DNA of 39,812 nt from the NCBI GenBank assembly GCA_035379765.1, contig DAOSVX010000001.1:1-39812 (forward strand), given 5' to 3'. How positions within the stretch are numbered: the stretch's first letter is position 1; each line of letters begins with the position of its first letter. The stretch is from Bacilli bacterium. Its GTDB lineage: Bacteria > Bacillota_I > Bacilli_A > RF39 > UBA660. Below the pieces are notes generated by a model. That model saw only the letters and a program-made list of their open reading frames with translations. It was not told the DNA's origin and did not search any database. Positions 9,550-16,519 of this stretch are shown here, in pieces. The translations under genes were made by a program, and so were the position numbers.

Positions 9550-10597
9550 AAATTTTTTTGGTTATTATATCTTTTCTATCAATTTTCTTATACATTTTTT
9601 GTTTAAACAAAAAACTATTTGCATGCCCTGCATGAGCTACAAAACTATTCCATTCTAATAGCATTTTATGTTCATTTAATCTTTCTATTGAATTAAGTTT
9701 ATTCCACAATTTTATTTTCTTTTTTATTTGTTTCTTTGACCTAATTTTTAATAATTTATGGGTTTCATATATTATATAACCACAAAAATTAATTCCTAAT
9801 TTGTTTGGGTAATATTTGCTCTTTTTATTTAATTCTACTTTTAATCTTGTTTTTAAAAATTCTTCTATTATCCCCATTATCTTTTTTGCTTCTTCTTTAG
9901 ATTCTAGTAAAATAACAAAATCATCCATATACCTAACATAATATTTTATCTTTTGTTGTTCTTTTATATAATGATCTAAAACATCTAAATATATATTAGC
10001 AAAATACTGACTTGTGTAATTTCCAATTGGTATACCTTTATTTTCATCAGCAAATATAAATTTTTTTGTTAAAACCAATAATTTTTTGTCACTTATCATA
10101 TTTAACATAATATTTAATAAAATAGTTTTATCGATATTATGAAAAAAACCTTTTATATCGCATTTCAATATATAGTATTTATTGTATCTGCGTTTCATTT
10201 GTTGCATATATTTTTGAACTTTTGCAACTGCACTATGGGTTCCTCTATTGTCAATACAAGCAAATGTATCCGATATAAATCTTTGCATAACATAAGGCTT
10301 TATAAATTCATAAATGTACCATTGCTGAACTATTCTGTCCCTTAATGGTAAAGCTTTAATAACCCTTTCTTTCGGTTCATTTATAACAAATGTTTTGTAT
10401 TCTCCCATTTGATATATTCCCTTTTTTAATTGGTTAATTATATTCCATAAATTAGTTTCCAAATCTATACTAAAAATTAACACCTCCTTCTTTTTCGTTT
10501 TATTTTTTATTGACCTTTCGTAAGCTTGTAACATTTTTTCATACGTTAAATTTTTATAAAACAAGTTTTTTATTGTTTTAGACATGAATTTATCCAC
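9548..10597 (-). CDS. DGR-type reverse transcriptase
   Basis: 349 aa. It has the RT motifs LPLRDRIVQ, GIPIGNYTSQYFANIYL (the IGxxxSQ signature that distinguishes DGR RTs from group II intron QGxxxSP) and RYMDDFVIL (YxDD). There is no maturase or endonuclease extension. It overlaps the 3' end of avd by 28 nt. Confidence 0.9.
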   Translation of the reverse strand: MDKFMSKTIKNLFYKNLTYEKMLQAYERSIKNKTKKKEVLIFSIDLETNLWNIINQLKKGIYQMGEYKTFVINEPKERVIKALPLRDRIVQQWYIYEFIKPYVMQRFISDTFACIDNRGTHSAVAKVQKYMQQMKRRYNKYYILKCDIKGFFHNIDKTILLNIMLNMISDKKLLVLTKKFIFADENKGIPIGNYTSQYFANIYLDVLDHYIKEQQKIKYYVRYMDDFVILLESKEEAKKIMGIIEEFLKTRLKVELNKKSKYYPNKLGINFCGYIIYETHKLLKIRSKKQIKKKIKLWNKLNSIERLNEHKMLLEWNSFVAHAGHANSFLFKQKMYKKIDRKDIITKKI

Positions 10598-10926
10598 CCA
10601 CCTAGTAAGTTACATATATTCATTATTTTTTTACTCCATGCCGCATAGTTTTTAATATTAATATACTTCCTTTTTTTTGAAACTCTTATTAAAACTTTAA
10701 GCATTTTTAATGATACATCCAGCTCACTCAGTACTCTTATTCTGCTCTTCGTGTCTCTTGATTTTTGAGCTCTTATTATTAGTTTCATCCCATCATAAGT
10801 GTTATTTTTTATTTGCACACAAATGTTATTCTTTTCTATCTTCGGATACTTAACTAATATACTTTCAGTATAATATATTAACTCTAAATATTGCTTATAT
10901 ATAAGTAAATCTTCCAAATTATACAT
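10570..10926 (-). CDS. avd: Avd-like accessory variability determinant (four-helix-bundle / 23S rRNA IVS protein family)
   Basis: 118 aa, predicted all-helical and basic. Size, the YPKIEKNNICVQIKNN pattern and the position immediately upstream of, and overlapping, the RT all fit Avd. Confidence 0.75.
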   Translation of the reverse strand: MYNLEDLLIYKQYLELIYYTESILVKYPKIEKNNICVQIKNNTYDGMKLIIRAQKSRDTKSRIRVLSELDVSLKMLKVLIRVSKKRKYINIKNYAAWSKKIMNICNLLGGWINSCLKQ

Positions 10927-11287
10927 TAAGTACTTCTTTTAATTCTTTTAATAACTTTAACGCTTTTAAAGGTGTTGTGTTATCTATATCTAAATTTTTT
11001 ATTTTATTTAATAAATTTCTTTTTGCTTGTTCCACATCAATTTTATCTATTATTTCTACAACTAAATTTAAATTTTCAAATATATTCGTATATTTTTCAA
11101 TAGAATTAGTTGGAAACCCACATTTTACAACTTCGTCATTCAGTTTAGTTAATTTTAAGGTGGTTATTTTATTTATATTCTTGGCATCTTCATCCAAAAA
11201 TAAATAAAAATTCCCACATTTAAACAAATAGTATTTACTATTATCTATTTGTTTTAATTCTAAATATTTTTTATATAATTTACCCAT
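10919..11287 (-). CDS. Mini-MutS-like DGR accessory protein (MutS domain I plus the MutS C-terminal helix motif)
   Basis: 122 aa. Residues 5-38, YKKYLELKQIDNSKYYLFKCGNFYLFLDEDAKNI, align with E. coli MutS 14-47, [41 protein letters not shown]...CGFPTNSIEKY aligns with ISLTKRG...AGIPYHAVENY. The C-terminal NLDIDNTTPLKALKLLKELKEVL aligns with the MutS end [23 protein letters not shown]. The RBS AGAGGAG lies upstream, and the gene overlaps avd by 8 nt. Confidence 0.7.
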   Translation of the reverse strand: MGKLYKKYLELKQIDNSKYYLFKCGNFYLFLDEDAKNINKITTLKLTKLNDEVVKCGFPTNSIEKYTNIFENLNLVVEIIDKIDVEQAKRNLLNKIKNLDIDNTTPLKALKLLKELKEVLNV

Positions 11288-11515
11288 TTTTTCTCCTCTT
11301 TTTATTCTTTTTGATAGAAAAAAGGTAGTATTGTATATACTATTCCCTATTTTCCATAAAATTTCATTTTCGCCATTTTGTTACTCATATAATTTTATTA
11401 TTAATGTTTTAGTTCTCTTAAAGAACGGGAACTAAACTTTTACTATAAACATTTCACTATAATATCCTTGAATATTATAACCTGAATGAAGAATTTCTTA
11501 TATATAGTAATCTCA

Positions 11516-11648
11516 CAACACAAGACCGCGCCACGATATGTTGCTGTTCGCGTTCCCGTTCGTATTGTTGAGATTGAACCCACCGGCCCCTACACCGTTG
11601 TTATAGTTGCCTCCACGTATGAACCATGGATTAGTCGCATTGACAAAA
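11516..11648 (-). repeat. DGR template repeat (TR)
   Basis: This non-coding 133-bp copy of 11851-11983 has no indels. On the minus strand it holds 12 AAY codons in the VR reading frame. 15 of the 17 differences from VR are at TR adenines. Confidence 0.9.
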
Positions 11649-11730
11649 AGTTTTTTACAGCTAGTCCCCAGCAATTTAACACATTTGTGTATAAATCTCT
11701 ATAATAAGCACCATCTCTATTCTTTATCTA

Positions 11731-11760
11731 TACGAGCCCCAAAAAAGTGTGGGGCTCGTA
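11731..11760. other. GC-rich 10-bp perfect hairpin between VR and TR
   Basis: TACGAGCCCC-(10 nt)-GGGGCTCGTA. No U-tract follows immediately on either strand, so it is not a canonical intrinsic terminator. Confidence 0.5.
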
Positions 11761-11828
11761 TGTTCTCATACTTTTTTTGTTTTACTACTTTGTTTTCTTC
11801 TTGTTTCTAATTTCTACGTTCAGAGTAA

Positions 11829-11847
11829 TCTTAGGCTTCGCCTAAGA
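11829..11847 (-). promoter_or_regulatory. Hairpin/cruciform element immediately 3' of VR (candidate DGR target-recognition element)
   Basis: On the minus strand, TCTTAGGC-GAA-GCCTAAGA forms an 8-bp stem that includes the target TAG stop codon. It starts 4 nt after VR/TR homology ends and has no counterpart next to TR. Confidence 0.6.
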
Positions 11848-13578
11848 AGTCAACACAAGACCGCGCCACGATATGCTGCTGTTCGCGCGCCCGTGCGTAA
11901 TGTTGAGACTGAACCCACCGTCCCCCACACCGTCGCCATAGTAGCCTCCACGCAGGAACCATGGATTACGCGCAGTGACAAAATTATTCCAGTCTTTATA
12001 CCAGTAATTTGTCTCTCCTAAGGCTTCTCCTAGATTACTTGTATTACTCTGCCAACTTGTGGTTATATATAATTTATAATATTTGCTATTAGGATAATCT
12101 AGTCCGGTGGTATTACTTGTTATACCTGAATCACATCCTGTATATGTTGGATCTCCATATATTCCCTTATACCCACTGTGATATATGTTACATCTACCGG
12201 AATATAAATTAGATGATGCATCTGTATATACTCCCATTTGATATTCCCATGCTCCTCCACTCATATCAAATATGCCATATATATTCCCGGTTGTACTTTG
12301 GGGATATGAGCTTACTCCACTTCCATAAGCTATTTCACAACTGGATGTTGCTGCAGCATTTGCAGCACTTGCTCCACATCCGGTTGTATAGTTACTATTA
12401 TTGTTTATTCTTATCTCATCGTTTATTCCATATTCGGAATAACTTAAATATACTACTGCTCCCCAGTCTACATTCTTACTCATTCTACTCTCTGCACTTA
12501 TTCCATAAATTGAGTCTGTTCCAAATTTTAATGATGTTATAAATTCTGTCGATACATTTTGATTTCTTAATGATGCGACATTTGGTTTTATGGTTGGGCT
12601 TACATCTGTACAGTTAGCTTCACTTGGACTTGTTGCACATGTACTTCCTGCTAACGGTGTTGTTTCAAATTTTCCTACCCAGATTCCATTTAATTCTATT
12701 CCATTATATGTGAAAGCGGGATGAGTTAACTCTGTTCCATTAGTACTTCCTGTACTTTTGGTTGTATAGGCGTTTTCAAATGTTATACTTATACTTTGAG
12801 GACAATTCGCTGTACAAGTTGTATCATCACTATATGTTGCTGCTGTTCCATCTACATTAAATAAGGTATATCTATATCTTGGTATCCATACTAAATATGC
12901 TAAGATATCTGCTTCGGCTACTGTTACTCCATTATTTGTTTCATAGTATGTTCTCGTCTCAGTTCCACTTTCTTTTACTAATACTACATTAGCCCATTGT
13001 TTATTTTCATAGCTATACCAACTACTACTCGTTGGGCTTACTGTTGTTACTGTTCCATCATTTCCTATTGTTACAGCGATCATTCCCGTAGAAATTCTTG
13101 GGTAAGCTCCATTTAAGATACTTTCTTTATACACGCTATAACTTGCTATTAATCCTGAACAGCCATCAAACCCTGATGTTTCTGTTTGCAGTGTGGTATC
13201 TACTTCTACTCCTCCTAATGTACTTCCTGTTACTGAGTTCTTACCATTTGTATACCATATTACATTGGTATCTCCTATTAATACTGAGCCTTTATAACTA
13301 CTACTAAAGCTTTTATCGACATATCCTGCTGCTTCTAGATATTCGATACTATAGCAATAGCCACTTTCTGTACTTCTGGTTAAATCATTATTTAATAAAT
13401 CATCAGCATAAGCTGATTTAGCTGCTTTACCGATATTCTCGGCTTCTATCTCAAAAGCATTAGCTTTAGCATTATCCATCATTTTTAAGACACTTGGGAC
13501 TGCTAGAAGAACAAGAACTGCTAGTATGACTATAACTGCTAATAATTCTACTAATGTAAAACCCTGCTTTTTTTTCAT
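11842..13578 (-). CDS. DGR target protein: prepilin-type N-terminal cleavage/methylation domain plus a C-terminal FGE-sulfatase/C-type-lectin-like variable domain
   Basis: 578 aa. The N-terminus MKKKQG|FTLVELLAVIVILAVLV matches the class III (type IV pilin/pseudopilin) signal G|FTLxE. HPAF...GIWVGKFETT and IFDMSGGAWEY resemble FGE-like domain motifs (compare DMSGNVWEW). The VR lies at the extreme C-terminus. Composition is rich in S/T/G/Y/N, unlike the K/E/I-rich neighbouring proteins. Confidence 0.9.
   Translation of the reverse strand: MKKKQGFTLVELLAVIVILAVLVLLAVPSVLKMMDNAKANAFEIEAENIGKAAKSAYADDLLNNDLTRSTESGYCYSIEYLEAAGYVDKSFSSSYKGSVLIGDTNVIWYTNGKNSVTGSTLGGVEVDTTLQTETSGFDGCSGLIASYSVYKESILNGAYPRISTGMIAVTIGNDGTVTTVSPTSSSWYSYENKQWANVVLVKESGTETRTYYETNNGVTVAEADILAYLVWIPRYRYTLFNVDGTAATYSDDTTCTANCPQSISITFENAYTTKSTGSTNGTELTHPAFTYNGIELNGIWVGKFETTPLAGSTCATSPSEANCTDVSPTIKPNVASLRNQNVSTEFITSLKFGTDSIYGISAESRMSKNVDWGAVVYLSYSEYGINDEIRINNNSNYTTGCGASAANAAATSSCEIAYGSGVSSYPQSTTGNIYGIFDMSGGAWEYQMGVYTDASSNLYSGRCNIYHSGYKGIYGDPTYTGCDSGITSNTTGLDYPNSKYYKLYITTSWQSNTSNLGEALGETNYWYKDWNNFVTARNPWFLRGGYYGDGVGDGGFSLNITHGRANSSISWRGLVLTS
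11851..11983 (-). repeat. DGR variable repeat (VR), covering the last ~44 codons of the target gene
   Basis: See TR. It encodes FVTARNPWFLRGGYYGDGVGDGGFSLNITHGRANSSISWRGLVL, whereas the TR-encoded sequence is FVNATNPWFIRGGNYNNGVGAGGFNLNNTNGNANSNISWRGLVL. Confidence 0.9.
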
Positions 13579-13601
13579 CCTCGTCTCCTCCTTTCTTTTT
13601 T

Positions 13602-13631
13602 ATTATACTTTTTCAATTGCTGGTTTGTCAA
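13602..13631 (-). promoter_or_regulatory. Consensus sigma-A promoter of the DGR target gene
   Basis: On the minus strand, TTGACA (13631-13626), an 18-nt spacer and TATAAT (13607-13602). The RBS AAAGGAGGAG follows, 8 nt before the ATG at 13578. Confidence 0.65.
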
Positions 13632-13642
13632 CTATGCATTCA

Positions 13643-13662
13643 AAAAAAGCACCAAGTGCTTT
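13643..13662 (-). terminator. Intrinsic terminator of rny
   Basis: On the minus strand, AAAGCAC-TTG-GTGCTTT is followed by TTTTTG directly after the rny stop codon. Confidence 0.6.
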
Positions 13663-15216
13663 TTATTTGGCTTCTTCTTGAGCTCTAGTTTCTCTAATAA
13701 CTATTATTTTTATAGTACCTGGGTATTGCATTTCTTTTTCTATTTTTTCTTTCATTTCCCGAGCTATTTTATAACTAGTTACATCATCTACATCTTCTGG
13801 TTTAACTATAACTCTAACTTCTCTACCAGCTTGCATTGCATAAGTTTTTTCTACTCCTTCATAAGAATTACCAATGCTTTCTAGTTGTTCTAATCTCTTA
13901 ACATAGTTTTCTAATGAATCATTTCTAGCTCCTGGTCTAGAAGCACTTAAGGTATCAGCAATTTGTACTAATACAGCAATTACTGAACTAGGTTCTTTAT
14001 CACCATGATGAGACAATATAGCATTTAATACTACTTCATCTTCGCCATAACGACGAGCTATTTCTTCTCCTATTTCAACATGGCTTCCTTCAATTTCGGT
14101 ATCAATTGCTTTTCCTATATCATGAAGCAATCCAGCCCTTTTAGCTATAGTAACATTTTCACCTAATTCACTAGCCATAATACCAGCTAAATTAGCTACT
14201 TCTTTAGAATGCATTAAAGCATTTTGCCCATAACTAGTTCTAAATTTTAATTTCCCAATTAAATTTACTAGTTCCGGATCTACTTTCGTAATCCCTAATT
14301 CATATAAAGCTTCTGTACCTATTTCGGTAACTTTGGTATTCATGTCTTTACAGACTTTATCATATAATTCTTCAATACGAGAGGGATGAATTCTCCCATC
14401 TTTAATTAAAGATTCAATAGTTACTTTAGCTATTTCTCTACGGAATGGATCAAATGAAGAAATAACAATGGCCTCGGGGGTATCATCAATTATTAAATCT
14501 ACTCCTGTTACCGCTTCAATGGTCCTTATGTTTCTTCCTTCGCGACCAATTAAGCGCCCTTTCATTTCATCATTTGGTAAATCAATTACACTAACTGTTT
14601 GTTCTGTGGTAACATCATTAGCATATCTTTGCATGCTACTAACTAACATATTTTTGGCTTTTTTATCAACCTCTAATTTTGCTTCGCTTTCTTTTTCTTT
14701 AATATAAGAAGCGATTTCTTTTGCCATCTCACCTTCAACCCGTTTTAATATCATGTCATGAGCTTCTTTTTTAGAGACTTTGGCAACACCCTCTAAAACT
14801 TTAATTTCTTCCTTCAACAATTCATCCATTTTAGCTTCTTTTTTTTGGACTTCTTTTTGCATATTACTTAAATTATCATCTTTTTGATTTAAAAGATTAT
14901 CTCTATTTTGAAGCATTTCTTCACGTTTATCTAAATTTTTCTCACGTTGCATTAATCTATCTTCATTTGATTTTAGTTCATTCTTTTTTTCTCTAATTTC
15001 CTTTTCGGCTTCTTGCTTTAATTTATAAGACTCTTCTTTTAATTCTAAAATACTATCACGCTTATATTTATCAGCTTCTTTTTTAGCCTCAGATAATAAT
15101 TTTTCCACTTTTCTATCAGTTTGCTTACGACTTACAACAAATATCGTCGCTGTAACTCCTCCGCCAACTGCCAATCCAATTATTGAAGTTAAAATGGAGA
15201 AAGTATTAAATACCAT
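13663..15216 (-). CDS. rny: Ribonuclease Y
   Basis: 517 aa with an N-terminal TM helix, a coiled coil, a KH domain ([12 protein letters not shown]) and an HD domain (LLHDIGKA). Confidence 0.95.
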   Translation of the reverse strand: MVFNTFSILTSIIGLAVGGGVTATIFVVSRKQTDRKVEKLLSEAKKEADKYKRDSILELKEESYKLKQEAEKEIREKKNELKSNEDRLMQREKNLDKREEMLQNRDNLLNQKDDNLSNMQKEVQKKEAKMDELLKEEIKVLEGVAKVSKKEAHDMILKRVEGEMAKEIASYIKEKESEAKLEVDKKAKNMLVSSMQRYANDVTTEQTVSVIDLPNDEMKGRLIGREGRNIRTIEAVTGVDLIIDDTPEAIVISSFDPFRREIAKVTIESLIKDGRIHPSRIEELYDKVCKDMNTKVTEIGTEALYELGITKVDPELVNLIGKLKFRTSYGQNALMHSKEVANLAGIMASELGENVTIAKRAGLLHDIGKAIDTEIEGSHVEIGEEIARRYGEDEVVLNAILSHHGDKEPSSVIAVLVQIADTLSASRPGARNDSLENYVKRLEQLESIGNSYEGVEKTYAMQAGREVRVIVKPEDVDDVTSYKIAREMKEKIEKEMQYPGTIKIIVIRETRAQEEAK

Positions 15217-15320
15217 ACTAATTCTCCTCCATTTATTTATTTATAAACATTTAACTTTTTTTAAACATCTACAAATTAATTATATCTTTTTTTAAGTGCA
15301 AAATCAATCATAAAAAGATA

Positions 15321-16352
15321 CTATTTTGTAGTATCTTTTTCTTTAGTACTATTAATATTATAATGAGCACGAACTTTACTTTCTATCTCATCTTTTAACT
15401 TTTTATTATCTTTTAACAACTGTTTTACGTTTTCTTTACCTTGACCTATTTTTTCACCTTTATAAGAATACCAAGCCCCACTTTTCTCTATAACATTTAT
15501 ATCGCTTGCCAAATCAACTAATTCACCTTCACGGCTTACGCCTTCCCCATATATTATATCGACAATTGCTGTTCTAAATGGTGGAGCAACTTTATTTTTA
15601 ACGACTTTTACTACCGTTCTGTTTCCAACCACTCCGCTCTCATTTTTAATTTGCTCAGCTCTCCTAATATCAAGTCTAATTGTTGAATAAAATTTTAAAG
15701 CTCTTCCCCCAGGAGTAGTTTCGGGATTGCCAAACATAACTCCTACTTTTTCTCTTAATTGATTTATAAAAATAGCTGTTGTTTGGGTTTTGCTAATAGT
15801 TCCTGATAGCTTACGTAAAGCTTGACTCATTAATCTGGCTTGAAGCCCAACATGGGAATCACCCATTTCCCCCTCAATTTCAGCTTGGGGAACTAAAGCA
15901 GCCACGGAATCAATAACAATTGTATTAACTGCTTCGCTTCTAACTAATGCTTCACATATTTCTAAAGCTTGTTCTCCTGTATCTGGCTGAGAAAGCAACA
16001 GTTCATCTATATTAACTCCCAAAGCTTTAGCATACTTAGGATCTAAAGCATGTTCAGCATCTATAAATGCTGCCCTTCCACCAGCTTTTTGAGTTTCAGC
16101 TATAGCTTGCAAAGCAAAAGTTGTTTTTCCACTAGATTCAGGTCCAAATATTTCCACTATTCGTCCTTTGGGATATCCTCCTACTCCTAAAGCAATATCT
16201 AATGTTAAACTTCCTGAAGAAGTTACATCTATATCTAAATGTTCTTTTGCTCCCAATTTCATTATGGCTCCTTTGCCAAATTGTTTTTCAATATCTAGCA
16301 TTACTTGTTCTAATGCTTTATCTTTATCTTTAATGTCTTTTGTAACTTTCAT
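15321..16352 (-). CDS. recA: Recombinase RecA
   Basis: 343 aa with GPESSGKTT (Walker A), IVIDSVAAL and many other RecA-conserved blocks. Confidence 0.97.
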   Translation of the reverse strand: MKVTKDIKDKDKALEQVMLDIEKQFGKGAIMKLGAKEHLDIDVTSSGSLTLDIALGVGGYPKGRIVEIFGPESSGKTTFALQAIAETQKAGGRAAFIDAEHALDPKYAKALGVNIDELLLSQPDTGEQALEICEALVRSEAVNTIVIDSVAALVPQAEIEGEMGDSHVGLQARLMSQALRKLSGTISKTQTTAIFINQLREKVGVMFGNPETTPGGRALKFYSTIRLDIRRAEQIKNESGVVGNRTVVKVVKNKVAPPFRTAIVDIIYGEGVSREGELVDLASDINVIEKSGAWYSYKGEKIGQGKENVKQLLKDNKKLKDEIESKVRAHYNINSTKEKDTTK

Positions 16353-16393
16353 AAATGCTTTTCCTCCTTATGGTATTTATGTCTTACAAGATA

Positions 16394-16445
16394 ATTTTAA
16401 TATAATATTTTTAGTTTGTCAATATGTTTTTCAAACATTTGTTTG
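16394..16445 (-). promoter_or_regulatory. Putative recA promoter with an upstream palindrome (degenerate Cheo/LexA-box-like)
   Basis: On the minus strand, the palindrome CAAACA-AA-TGTTTG (16445-16432) is followed 9 nt later by TTGACA (16422-16417). A 17-nt spacer and TAAAAT (16399-16394) come next. Confidence 0.4.
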
Positions 16446-16459
16446 TTATATATTTTTGA

Positions 16460-16492
16460 TCAAAAGAAAGGAAATTGCTAAGCAATTTCCTT
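16460..16492 (-). terminator. Intrinsic terminator after pgsA
   Basis: An 11-bp stem AAGGAAATTGC / GCAATTTCCTT with a 3-nt loop is followed on the minus strand by TCTTTTG. Confidence 0.65.
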
Positions 16493-16519
16493 GTTTTAAA
16501 GCACTATATTTTACTAATT

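Larger units (their letters stand above)
9548..13631 (-). mobile_element. Diversity-generating retroelement cassette: promoter, target gene with VR, hairpins, TR, spacer, mutS-like, avd and RT
   Basis: All canonical parts are present and co-oriented. See the individual features and findings below. Confidence 0.9.

Noticed and set aside
9548-10597. The RT could be a retron RT or a group II intron maturase
   Set aside because: It has the DGR-type IGxxxSQ motif, sits directly behind an Avd-like gene and is accompanied by an A-biased TR/VR pair. It has no X/maturase or En domain, no intron domain V/VI-like RNA and no flanking msr/msd-style inverted repeats.
11731-11760. The GC hairpin could be a canonical rho-independent terminator of the target gene
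   Set aside because: No U-tract follows the stem directly on either strand, so it is kept only as an unexplained structural element.
11486-12021. Plus-strand ORFs 11486..11704, 11607..11810 and 11749..12021, two of which share the peptide QHKTAPRY.AVR.PVR.VE.EPT
   Set aside because: They are antisense read-throughs of the GC-rich TR and VR, and their similarity only reflects the TR/VR repeat. They have no RBS, and they overlap the well-supported minus-strand target gene.
9548-13631. The DGR could be part of a prophage (BPP-1 or Hankyphage style)
   Set aside because: No capsid, portal, terminase, tail, integrase or lysis genes occur anywhere in the 39.8-kb window, and both flanks are core housekeeping genes.
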